Positions 1 through 10,306 of a DNA stretch of 64,000 nt are shown here, one piece after another; positions within the stretch are counted from its first letter, which is position 1; each line of letters begins with the position of its first letter. The translations under genes were made by a program, and so were the position numbers. Origin of the DNA: Hormiphora californensis (Eukaryota; Animalia; Ctenophora); assembly GCA_020137815.1 (NCBI GenBank), contig CM035358.1, positions 8,060,001 to 8,124,000 of the forward strand, in the 5' to 3' direction. The notes beneath the pieces are model-generated. The model worked only from the letters and a program-made list of their open reading frames with translations, did no database searches and was not told the origin of the DNA.

Positions 1-504
1 TTCTGGCGCCGCCAGAAAGTTCTGATTTGGAACTTGAACCCAATTTTTCAACACAAACATTTTCCAACACAAACATGGCGAGTGACGACAGTCTCTTGCT
101 AAAAACAGGGCAACTCGAATGTTGCTTTTTTGGTTTTGGTCCAAAACCAAAACTTTTGGATAGGATAATTGTCACTGCTTCGGCCATCGACCTCATAAAT
201 ACCTGTTGGTAACAATCTTAACCCTTTCAGGCAGGATTACCTGTGGCTATCGAGGTGGCTCTAAAGACGGAAATTATTACGTTATGCCGTGAATTCCACA
301 GTCAAGTCTCAACGGTGTTTTCGGTGGTCCACCCCTCTGCTGTATCCTAAAACAACCATTATTACCAGGTAACAAGAAAGAACATGTTTATTTGTCTCAT
401 GTTCCTGACTAATTATTCTTATTTATTGCCAACACTACATGATGCATAGGGCCTAGCCCTTTGTACACTCTCACCCTGTGTGATGTGAGCCATAGAAAGT
501 ATGG

Positions 505-660
505 ACAGGGTGGAGAGAGTGGGGAGAGAAAAATGGAGAGCTGAGAGGGTGGAGAGAGAATGGAGTGAGAAAAATGGAGAGCTGAGAGGGTAGAGAGAGA
601 GAGAGAGAGAATAGAGAGAAAATGGAGAGCTGAGATGGTGGAGAGAGAATGGAGGATGGA
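505..660. repeat. GA-rich degenerate minisatellite
   Basis: Repeated aaaatggagagctgagagggtggagagag units. Confidence 0.7.
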
Positions 661-845
661 TTTATTTTGTAAATTTGTAACCCTCCCCTCGATTTCTTGA
701 TTCTCGGGCGAATTCTAACCCTCACTCCTTCCCCAGGCATTTTAGTGATATCGGGATGGCTAATGTTGGATTCAGTTTCAAACCTCTATCGATTACAGTA
801 TTCTTCATATTTGGTAAGAAAACGCTCTCATTAATAACAATTATT

Positions 846-1476
846 GGGGTGTGCACAGACTGCCCAAGCTTGACCATGCCCATATGTGGGCAAGATTTTG
901 ACCAAGTCGCACAGACTGACCAAACTTGGTCATTTGACCAAGCTTGGAGGGTAAAAACTGAAACTAATTCAGTACATAATGACCCCATTTACAACTTTTC
1001 ACCTGGAAATGATAGATGCTTATGTGAGGGCACTTTTCCGACTAATTAAGATACGCTGAATCACGTAAGCAACTTTTCCAGAGGTCGATAAAGTGCCCCA
1101 ATGAAGTATAATTGGCCTTAATTGTTGAATTAAGGTACTTTCCCGACCTCTGAGGGATTGTAAAGGTCGCTTACGTGATTCACCGTATAGTTGGAATAGT
1201 GCCCTCGCATAAGCATCTATTTTTTCCAGGCGAAAAGTTGTAAATGGGGTCATTAAGACCCAAATATACTCAATTAGGACACTTTTCCGATCTCGGCCGG
1301 ATTGGAAAAGTTGCTAACGTTGTTCAGCGTTTCAAAATTAGTCGGGTTCAGTAGTTTTCGATATGTTATGAATTAGTTTCAGTTTTTACTCTCCAAGCTT
1401 GGTCAAATGACCAAGTTTGGTCAAAATCTTGCCCACATATGGGCATGGTCAAGCATGGGGAGTCTGTGCACGCCCT
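846..1476. mobile_element. Palindromic MITE, possibly two nested
   Basis: gggtgtgcacagact...ccatgcccatatgtgggcaagattttgacc is mirrored at ~1400-1476. An inner inverted pair lies at ~978-1040 / 1190-1255. Confidence 0.75.
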
Positions 1477-1596
1477 TGGCCGAATGCTACTGCCTACCCT
1501 TCCCTATTAGAGAATCTATTATCACACTCACTGGTCCTTCCCCTTCCTCTTTTCCTGTCCTTCTTGTGTTAGTCGTAAAATTATCACAGTGAAATA

Positions 1597-1757
1597 CAGG
1601 GTGGACCAGAACCACGGATTGTTAGGAAAAGGTGATCGCAATCCTCAGGGACACTTTCTCCACTTTTTCTAATCAATAGACCGTGAAAATTACACAGTAG
1701 ATAGGAGAACGAAACACTAGTTATCACAAAGTGGATCCATCTTTCTAGCCCACCCTG
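1597..1757. mobile_element. Tc1/mariner-type MITE
   Basis: TA|CAGGGTGG...CCACCCTG|TA termini. Confidence 0.55.
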
Positions 1758-1765
1758 TAGTTATT

Positions 1766-1959
1766 TTCTGAGCGGTAAGCAGTAAGTGTTGCCTTGATTT
1801 CGACACAATTTTTTACAAATTTGGTCATAACTCCTCCATTTCTTGGCCAAATTGTAGAATCTTGGGCCCAAGATTTTACAATTTGGCCTAGAAATGGATG
1901 GATAAAACTGTAAAAATTGTGTCCAAATTAAGGCAAAACTTACCGCTTACCGCTCAGAA
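1766..1959. mobile_element. Short palindromic MITE
   Basis: ttctgagcggtaagc...gcttaccgctcagaa inverted ends, ~50 bp imperfect. Confidence 0.65.
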
Positions 1960-2426
1960 TAGGTAGGGTGCTTTATTACAAGTGATATCATTCTCTCCCC
2001 CCCTCTCTCTGTCCTCTCTCTGCCCCTTCTCTATTATTCTCACAACAAATTAATTCTCTCAGGAAAGATCATGACAGACTATCACTTGGACGTGTAGCAA
2101 TATCTGGATTTAAAGGCCGTGAGAGAAGATTGAAGAGGGCATCTAATCCTGGAAGTTGGAACTGGGAAGAGTTTCTTAAAAGAGAGAGGTGCAGGTGTGA
2201 ACTTTGTGACTCTACTGTTTACAGGGAGTGATTATCCGATATGATGCTTTTGTAGTGTTCTATTATCCCGGAATCTTGTATGTGTAACTGTAACGTCTGA
2301 GCGTGTGTAAAATCGATTTGTTATTGTTATTGCTATATTGGGAACTCTTTTTCATAAACACATACAAAGAAAATTGTCGTTGAATCATCAAAAACATCGA
2401 TATCTCACTCTATAATATATTCCTAT

Positions 2427-2781
<355 letters not shown>

Positions 2782-3210
2782 GATCACGCCACACTTTATC
2801 TGAAAAATATATTATTTGATCGCTAATTGTGTACAATGTTACAGCTGCAGCTGTTGTGTGTACAAGGGTCGGGTACTAGAATGTTGATCGTACAACTCCT
2901 AACACATGACAGTAACGTGACTTCATTATACCATATTTGGTCATCACCTGATGCGTTCTATCCCTTCCCGCCACTTACTTTGTGGAAGGGGCCGCGCGGC
3001 AGGTTTGCGCGCAACGCGTTGCAACGAAGGGTTCTTCGCGCGAAATTGAACCCTTCCGACGCGCAAATCCAAATCGCGCGGCTTTTTAAAAAACGACACT
3101 CATTAAAAATTCGACTTTAAAGTCCATTTTTATTCAACTGTTCACCCCTCAACTCGTGCGCGTGCGATATCTTAATTTACGCTACGCGCGCTACACGTTA
3201 ACATGTGATA

Positions 3211-3303
3211 AACTTTCATCAACTACAACGTAACTACAACGTAACTACAACGTAACTACAACGTAACTACAACTACAACTACAACGTAAAACTATTTATT
3301 GAG
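3211..3303 (+). other. Spliced-leader-like sequence with an internally amplified 11-mer at the LINE 5' end
   Basis: aactttcatc-(aactacaacgt)n-aaaactatttattgag. Collapsing the repeat gives a ~38-nt leader ending TTGAG that resembles ctenophore SLs as recalled (not searched). Confidence 0.6.
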
Positions 3304-3338
3304 GTTGTCGTGAGGCACCTCAATTCCCCTTGTAGAAG

Positions 3339-4514
3339 ATGACACTGACGAGAGGGGCGGCTGCAGAGCTAGCAGATGCGGAGAAGATGTGCTGCCTACT
3401 ATGTAAAACGCCAAGAGATCCTGCGGACCCACCCATACCCCGGGATGTGAGTAAACTCGTGGGATTGTGCTGGCTGTGCCCCCCTTGTTTTGGTTCGGTG
3501 GACACTGGGAAGGTTAAGGAGTCGGGGCTGACGGGGGCTAGCGGGGACGAGATTGCTCGATGTGTTGTGAGTGAGCTTGGGAAAACAGCTGCTCCTATTC
3601 CGATGGATGAACAACTGCAGGCTTTTAAAAATGACATTCTAGAAACGATGAACTGCACTATGAAGGCATTTATGGACAAATTTAACAATAGTCCTGTTAC
3701 TACCTGTGCACCTAAACCTGCTAATTCTCACTCTCCATACGCAGCTGCTCTTAATAAACCTGTAACTACTGCTAAACTAACTGTAACTGGTAACTCTGAT
3801 GTGCTACAATCCACCAACAGCCTGCTAACTAAAACACCAACGACTTACCGCAGAACGAACACTGATGGCTCTGTTGTGTATGGTTTTAAAACTGCAGCAG
3901 ATCTTACACGGGCTACAGAGAAGATTAACTCGGCTAACACGGGGGTGAAGCTGGAGGAGTATGTTTCTAAGCCGCTGGTGACGATTCGAAACGCAGAAGT
4001 TTCTTTCATTCCAAGTGATGTGGTTGACAAGAAAATAACTGATGAGCTGATTATTGATTCGATTAAAGTGCTAAATAGCGATATTGCTGAGGCGCTAGAT
4101 AAGAGTGAGACAATGGAAGTGATATTCTTTCAGCGTCACCGGCAGAGACCTGACCTTGCCACTGTTGGGCTAAGGGTCACTCGTCCGCTGAGTGAACTCT
4201 TGCTTAACAAGGGGCATATTCATTTGGGTCACTTCCTCTGCCCGGTTGAAAAGCGCTATTCAGTGAAGCAGTGTTTTAAGTGTCAGGGTTTTGGTCATGT
4301 TTTGAAAGAATGTAAAGCAGTCTCCCCAACGTGTTTTAGATGTGCGAGTCACGACCATTATGGTAGAGATTGTGATAAGAAAGCGAGAGAGTTTAGAAAG
4401 TGTTCTAACTGTGCTGAGTCGAGTAACCCCTTATTCAAATCAGGTGCCATGTCCCACAACGCTGCTTCTATAGACTGTCCCGTTCTCCATCAACACGTAA
4501 AATCAAAAAACTAG
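3339..4514 (+). CDS. LINE ORF1: N-terminal PHD-like Cys cluster and three C-terminal CCHC zinc knuckles
   Basis: CLLC...CWLCPPC; CFKCQGFGHVLKEC, CFRCASHDHYGRDC, CSNC...H...C. Confidence 0.92.
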   Translation: MTLTRGAAAELADAEKMCCLLCKTPRDPADPPIPRDVSKLVGLCWLCPPCFGSVDTGKVKESGLTGASGDEIARCVVSELGKTAAPIPMDEQLQAFKNDILETMNCTMKAFMDKFNNSPVTTCAPKPANSHSPYAAALNKPVTTAKLTVTGNSDVLQSTNSLLTKTPTTYRRTNTDGSVVYGFKTAADLTRATEKINSANTGVKLEEYVSKPLVTIRNAEVSFIPSDVVDKKITDELIIDSIKVLNSDIAEALDKSETMEVIFFQRHRQRPDLATVGLRVTRPLSELLLNKGHIHLGHFLCPVEKRYSVKQCFKCQGFGHVLKECKAVSPTCFRCASHDHYGRDCDKKAREFRKCSNCAESSNPLFKSGAMSHNAASIDCPVLHQHVKSKN

Positions 4515-4516
4515 GA

Positions 4517-7426
4517 GTGCAAAGAAGGCGTCAGCTACGAATCGGACTGCTAAACTGCTTTTCGCTCCGCAACAAGACCCTCGACGTTCTAGAGATGGCA
4601 TTGGACAATAACATTGATGTGCTCACCCTCACAGAGACCTGGATGAGGAAAGAAGACTTGGCAATCTGCTCTGAAATCCGAGAAGTATCCTTCAACGTTC
4701 TCCATACGCCCAGAGGTAGTAGAGGAGGAGGAGTGGCAACACTGACGAAGAGGAATATCTGCATGCGTAAAGTCAATGTGCAAAGAAAATTTCGGAGCTT
4801 TGAATGCCAAGAGGTTCTGCTGAAGCCACCTGCCAACTGTCGGATACTTGTTGTTTATCGTCCAGGAACAGCAGGTCAGTTCAACTCCTTTATTGAGGAA
4901 TTTGAGGACCTGCTTGTGTCATTGACTGAGCAGCGCCACTGCAGTGTCATCTGTGGAGATCTCAATATCCACATGGAGCGATCATCTGACCCACTTACGA
5001 TTAGGTTCAAAACGCTACTTTCAGAGCTTGGTTGGGAGAATGCAGTTGAAGTTCCAACCCACAATAAGGGTGGGACTTTAGACCTCATATTGACTAAGGC
5101 TGATGAGTCATCTACAGCAGCTGTGAGGATTTCAGAAGTATCTGTTACTCCTCACCCTGCTGCACCGGATCACTACCTAGTAACCTGCCTCGCGGATCTA
5201 CCCTCACCAAATACTGATCACTATATGATTCGAAGTGGACGAAACATCAGAGGAATTGACCGAGAGCTGCTAAAAGAAGAAATATTGTGTTCGGACCTCT
5301 GCGATGACTTACCAGATCAGTTGGAAGAATGCGTTGATCTGTACAACAATACACTTGGAAGTATACTTGACAATCTGGCTCCCACCGAGGAAAAGAAAGT
5401 GAAGATAAGAACTGTCCCAAGATGGATGAAAAATGTCACCTGCCTGAGAGTGAGACGAATCCGCCGAGCTAAAGAGAGGAGATGGAAGTCGCGACTACTG
5501 AAATCGTGCAACGCCAGGGTTCTTACATCAGTCTTCATTGAATGGAAAGAAGCAAGCAAAGTTTCTGTAAAAACCCTCGAGGATGCAAGATCCAAGTACT
5601 ACCAAGCTGAGTTTGAACGACTGCAGGGCAATGCAAAAGGGATGTACTCTGTGGTAAACGGACTCCTTGGAATTGAAAAATCTCCAACGACTCTACCATC
5701 TGATAAAGAAACAAGCCAGCTTGCACCTGAATTCAACGAGTACTTCAAATCGAAAGTGACCAAGATCTACCAACAGATAGAGTCTCAATCCATTCCACCC
5801 CCTGCAGTCACCCCTCAGCCAGATAAACCAACAACAAAGTTCACTGCCTTTTCTCCAGTATCTGACGAAGAACTTCTAAAAATGATCAGGGAAATGAACA
5901 GGAAGCACTGCCAGCTTGACCCGATGCCAACATCCCTAATCATGGAGTGTCTACCAGAATTAATTCCTTCAATCTCCAAGATCGTGAATGATAGTCTCCT
6001 CACCGGTATCTTCCCACAGTCATTCAAAGAGGCAATAATCAGACCATCTTTCAAGGGAAAGGAGCTAGACCCTGAGGACCTCTCAAGTTATCGCCCTGTA
6101 AGCAATCTGTCGTTCATCTCCAAGGTAGTGGAGAAGGCTGTCAGTATCCAGCTCGTGGACTACCTCGAAGATAATGGCTTGTTTCCCTCTCATCAGTCAG
6201 CCTATCGCAAATTTCACTCCTGTGAAACAGCCACCCTGAAGATTGTGAACGATCTGTTGATTCTATTGGACTCCAAATCAAAGACTATCCTTTTGTTACT
6301 GGACCTCAGTGCTGCTTTTGATACTGTGAAACACAGCCGACTCCTGATGAAGTTAGAGGATCAGTATGGGATCTCTGGCAACGCTTTGAAATGGTTTCAA
6401 TCTTACCTACAGAGTAGATCAACATCTGTGCTACTGGAGAACAACCGATCTGACACCCTGGAGGTTGAAATTGGAGTTCCTCAGGGCAGTATATTGGGAC
6501 CCGTTCTCTTTGTGCTATACACCAGGGATCTTCAAGACATTGCTCGTGTCTACGATCTCAACATTCACCTTTTCGCTGATGACACGCAAATTTATGTGAG
6601 CTTTGATGAAAAAAACACGGATGACGTGTTCAGACGACTCCAGCGATGTTTCAAACACATTCAATGGTGGATGGGAGAGAACTTTTTAAAGTTAAACCCT
6701 TCAAAGACTGAAGTTCTAGTGCTGACCAACAAGGTGGACAAGTCATCCATTCCAGAAACGTTATGTTTAGATCCTGACGAAGAAGACTTCAAAGTAGCAG
6801 AAACAGCAAGAAACCTAGGGATTTGGTTTGACTCCAAGCTGTCAATGACTGAACACATTTCCAGGACTGTCCGCTCTTGCTGGGCCCAGCTTTCGAACCT
6901 GTGGAGAATCGGAAATAGGCTAAATCGGCAGACAAAGATCCAGTTGGTTCACACTCTGATCCATTCTCGCTTGGACTACGGAAATGCCTTACTGAAGCAA
7001 GCCTCGAAAAAAGATATAAACCGTCTACAGAAAGTCCAGAACAGTGCTGTCAGGTTCATCAACAACCACAGGAGACTACGAGGTGTAACGAAACTGAGGA
7101 GAGAACTACACTTTCTTCCAGTGAACGCTAGAATTGACTTCAAGATATTGTTATTGACCTACAAGTGCATCAATGGATTAGCACCTCTATATCTGCAAGA
7201 TCTCATCACACCGAGGACACAGACTGGACGCAACCTTCGAAATGATAATGATCTAACACTTCTCGAAAGATCTTTCTCTTCTAAGTACCGTCAAACCAGT
7301 GCTGCATTCAGTATAAGTGCCCCAAAGCTCTGGAATGGACTTCCTAGAGACATCCGTGAATCATCAACTGTGGAAATGTTCAAAACTAGATTAAAGACTC
7401 ATCTTTTTAGACTAGCGTACGAGTGA
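4517..7426 (+). CDS. LINE ORF2: APE endonuclease plus reverse transcriptase
   Basis: LLNCFSL, LTETW, GDLNIH, TLDLIL, DH; RT motifs YRPVSNL, LDLSAAFDTV, GVPQGSILGP, FADD; L2-like C-terminus (LWNGLP...FKTRLKTHLF). Confidence 0.96.
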   Translation: MQRRRQLRIGLLNCFSLRNKTLDVLEMALDNNIDVLTLTETWMRKEDLAICSEIREVSFNVLHTPRGSRGGGVATLTKRNICMRKVNVQRKFRSFECQEVLLKPPANCRILVVYRPGTAGQFNSFIEEFEDLLVSLTEQRHCSVICGDLNIHMERSSDPLTIRFKTLLSELGWENAVEVPTHNKGGTLDLILTKADESSTAAVRISEVSVTPHPAAPDHYLVTCLADLPSPNTDHYMIRSGRNIRGIDRELLKEEILCSDLCDDLPDQLEECVDLYNNTLGSILDNLAPTEEKKVKIRTVPRWMKNVTCLRVRRIRRAKERRWKSRLLKSCNARVLTSVFIEWKEASKVSVKTLEDARSKYYQAEFERLQGNAKGMYSVVNGLLGIEKSPTTLPSDKETSQLAPEFNEYFKSKVTKIYQQIESQSIPPPAVTPQPDKPTTKFTAFSPVSDEELLKMIREMNRKHCQLDPMPTSLIMECLPELIPSISKIVNDSLLTGIFPQSFKEAIIRPSFKGKELDPEDLSSYRPVSNLSFISKVVEKAVSIQLVDYLEDNGLFPSHQSAYRKFHSCETATLKIVNDLLILLDSKSKTILLLLDLSAAFDTVKHSRLLMKLEDQYGISGNALKWFQSYLQSRSTSVLLENNRSDTLEVEIGVPQGSILGPVLFVLYTRDLQDIARVYDLNIHLFADDTQIYVSFDEKNTDDVFRRLQRCFKHIQWWMGENFLKLNPSKTEVLVLTNKVDKSSIPETLCLDPDEEDFKVAETARNLGIWFDSKLSMTEHISRTVRSCWAQLSNLWRIGNRLNRQTKIQLVHTLIHSRLDYGNALLKQASKKDINRLQKVQNSAVRFINNHRRLRGVTKLRRELHFLPVNARIDFKILLLTYKCINGLAPLYLQDLITPRTQTGRNLRNDNDLTLLERSFSSKYRQTSAAFSISAPKLWNGLPRDIRESSTVEMFKTRLKTHLFRLAYE

Positions 7427-7440
7427 ATAGTTGTTTTCGA

Positions 7441-7595
7441 ACTTGTAACTTGTGCTTTTTACCTCTTGATGTGATTTTTCTTGAATTGAGAGGTTAAATT
7501 GTAACATGAGTTTTCTACCTCATGACGTGTGACACTTCTTGAATTGAGAGGTTAAATTGTAACTTGAGTTTTCTACCTCATGACGTGTGACTTTC
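7441..7595 (+). repeat. ~60-bp tandem repeat (~2.5 copies) in the LINE 3'UTR
   Basis: ttcttgaattgagaggttaaattgtaac...ctacctcatgacgtgtgac repeated. Confidence 0.8.
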
Positions 7596-7732
7596 AACGT
7601 ATATCTCCAATGCTGTATTGTGAACTTGTTTTTCTGAGTAGAGACTGAGTTGAGACTTTACTGAGACTTAACTGTTGGAGCTCTTATTTATTCTATGTCA
7701 TGGAGTCACTTCTGTATCACTGTGTGTGGTGT

Positions 7733-8525
7733 TAGTAGAGTCGATAACTACATCGACCTCTCCCAATTGTTCCAGTTTTTGTCACATCTGTTTGGAGCCT
7801 CGACACGACCTCTAAACAGGTGTTACTTTTTCACAAACTGTTTTCATCTTGGTGTAATCAGCAGTTGAAATGTTGCTAATCATAACAAAAACCTGACTAA
7901 ATTTTTTCAACTTGGGGTAAAACCATGGGTGTCAAAAGTTAGCTCTAGGTCCCCTGAGTAACCATCCGGAGACTCTAAGAGATATTTCAAGCCGTTCTCC
8001 CGTAATCATTAATCCCGGTGGAGAAAAAAATACAATGCGGACGTACGTGAGCGCTGGCAGGCTGTTTACATGTTATTGTATGTCTCTCACTCTCTCTGGA
8101 AAAACCGCACGTGCGGTTGCGCCGCGCGAGATAACTCTTTCTCAAGGGGGAGAAAAGAGAGAGACGCACATTAACGTTATACATTAAAGTTGAGGTTGTA
8201 GGCAATTGCACGTACGTCCATACTCAAATATGTGCTCTACCGGGATTAATGATTACAGGAGAACGGCTTGAAATATCTCTTAGAGTCTCCGGATGGTTAC
8301 TCAGGGGACCTAGTGCTAACTTTTGACACCCATGGTTTTACCCCAAGTTGAAAAAATTTAGTCAGGTTTTTGTTATGATTAGCAACATTTCAACTGCTGA
8401 TTACACCAAGATGAAAACAGTTTGTGAAAAAGTAACACCTGTTTAGAGGTCGTGTCGAGGCTCCAAACAGATGTGACAAAAACTGGAACAATTGGGAGAG
8501 GTCGATGTAGTTATCGACTCTACTA
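7733..8525. mobile_element. Non-autonomous DNA transposon with ~290-bp TIRs (Academ-like ends)
   Basis: Near-perfect TIRs TAGTAGAGTCG...CGACTCTACTA with a 3-bp TGT duplication. Superfamily inferred only from the TAG end and TSD length. Confidence 0.85.
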
Positions 8526-9037
8526 TGTGTAAGTAATGAATTTCTGAATGAAATAGTATTTATATTGATTTTGACTGAGCATTTTACTGAGCATGGGTTA
8601 AGAACGAGTTACGAGTTCTGTGTGTATTTATGTTACGGATTTCATTCCAGTGTTTCTGAATCAGCCTGTCGTATAGAGTGTGGAGGACTAGGTTCTGTTA
8701 GGATCTTCTAGGTTTTACGACTAGACAGTAGTTCGTGTGTATGTGTTTCTAACTGTTTTTAAACAATTTTCTATATTTAACTAATCTAACTCTAATTTAT
8801 TATCTCTGGCCAGTATCTATGCTTAACTTTTTATTCAATTATTCCAAGACGACCGCTTTAGTCGCGGTGGAGAGATGTTCATACAACACTAGCCATTAGG
8901 TTTTTTAGTTGTTTCCTCCATTTATAACGCATAAAAGCGGTATATCAAATGTATATTATTATTACTAGTAGGCCCGTTCGCCCTACGGGCGAATTTCGGG
9001 GAAATGGTAGCTTGATTAGGGAACGCTGACATCACCT

Positions 9038-9212
9038 TGTTATAGGTTCTATCACGCGTATATTCTCAGAGTATTATATATCGCAAGTTCTACTGATAAC
9101 GATTCACTTCTGTACTTCTTATATTATACTTGTAACACTTCTTATTCTGTTACTGCACCACAAGTAACTAGTCGTCAAGTAGTAACCAAAACCACACATA
9201 CGTTTTATAATA
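9038..9212 (+). repeat. 5' LTR
   Basis: TGTTATA...TATAATA, identical to 15903-16077 by eye. Confidence 0.95.
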
Positions 9213-9241
9213 AGTGGAGCCTGAGTACTAAAACTCGTATA

Positions 9242-10306
9242 TTGTCTAATCCTACCGATCCAACCGATCTTAAGGATCATCTTGCTCAGCTTTCTGTAAA
9301 ACATCCCAATCTCAAGGATGAAATTACTGATTTGCTAAACAGAGAGCAAAACCCTACTGCTTCTATCACTAATGCATTAAATTTACTGTCATTTTCGAAT
9401 CAACTTCCCATTTTTAAAAAGGGAGATGATTTCGTTATGCATTGTGAAAGATTTTCTGAGTACGTTGCACTTGTAAAGTTATCTTCTAGTCAACAGTTTC
9501 TTACTTTTCTGCAGTCCATCCAATGTGGTGAGACTTATATTGCTATTCGTAATGCTAAATTATCTTCCGAACAGAAGAATAATTATACTGAATTTCTGAA
9601 ACTTGTTAAAGATCTACTGTTTGGCGATGAAAAGTTTCTACTACGAAACCGCCTACTGGATTGTATCCAGATACCTTCTGAAACCATTTCGGAGTACTCC
9701 TACAGGTTACGCCAGACAGCATGTCTAGCATACCCTTCTGACGAGAAATCAGCCGAAGACACTTGTCTTCTAATCTTTCTCAGGGGAATTCATGATGTCA
9801 CAATCAAGAGGAAACTCAACGAGATAACGAATCTTGATTCTTTTACTGATGCTATCCGACATGCTCAACGTTTGGAACGGGTCGCTCTGATGTTCCCTAA
9901 ACCTACCCCTAGTCCGGTTGAGGAACAACTTTCTGGTGACACTACATATCGAGAACCACAGGTAAGATCTCGTGTTCGTCGTGCTACTTCTGACTCAACG
10001 ATATCGTCATATCACGATCACCGAAATTCTCGATCAAGACGTCGTTATCGTCACCATTCTGAATCAGATTCTTATCGGTATCGCCATGATGATTCGCACC
10101 ATCATGACCACCACTACCGACCTAGAAGCAGATCACCATATCGTTCTAGATTCAGTTCTGAAAACTCTTATGTTAATTATCCTGACCATCATCATCATGA
10201 TCACAATGACCATTACCGTCATCGATCTCACTCAAGAGAAAGAGAAAGATCAAGGTCACAAAATCATGATCACGATCAACTTCAACGAGACCACCATTTT
10301 CGTTGA
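9242..10306 (+). CDS. gag: Gag with His/Arg/Ser-rich C-terminus
   Basis: Follows the PBS. MHR-like QIPSETISEYSYRL and IFLRGI motifs. Start codon uncertain (TTG). Confidence 0.8.
   Translation: MSNPTDPTDLKDHLAQLSVKHPNLKDEITDLLNREQNPTASITNALNLLSFSNQLPIFKKGDDFVMHCERFSEYVALVKLSSSQQFLTFLQSIQCGETYIAIRNAKLSSEQKNNYTEFLKLVKDLLFGDEKFLLRNRLLDCIQIPSETISEYSYRLRQTACLAYPSDEKSAEDTCLLIFLRGIHDVTIKRKLNEITNLDSFTDAIRHAQRLERVALMFPKPTPSPVEEQLSGDTTYREPQVRSRVRRATSDSTISSYHDHRNSRSRRRYRHHSESDSYRYRHDDSHHHDHHYRPRSRSPYRSRFSSENSYVNYPDHHHHDHNDHYRHRSHSRERERSRSQNHDHDQLQRDHHFR

Larger units (their letters stand above)
75..2231 (+). pseudogene. Small spliced gene or pseudogene of unknown product
   Basis: Phase-compatible GT-AG exons (~75-208, 231-368, 737-812, 2063-2231) ending ...WNWEEFLKRERCRCELCDSTVYRE*. 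One in-frame TAA in the 231-368 exon; no recognised domain. Confidence 0.25.
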
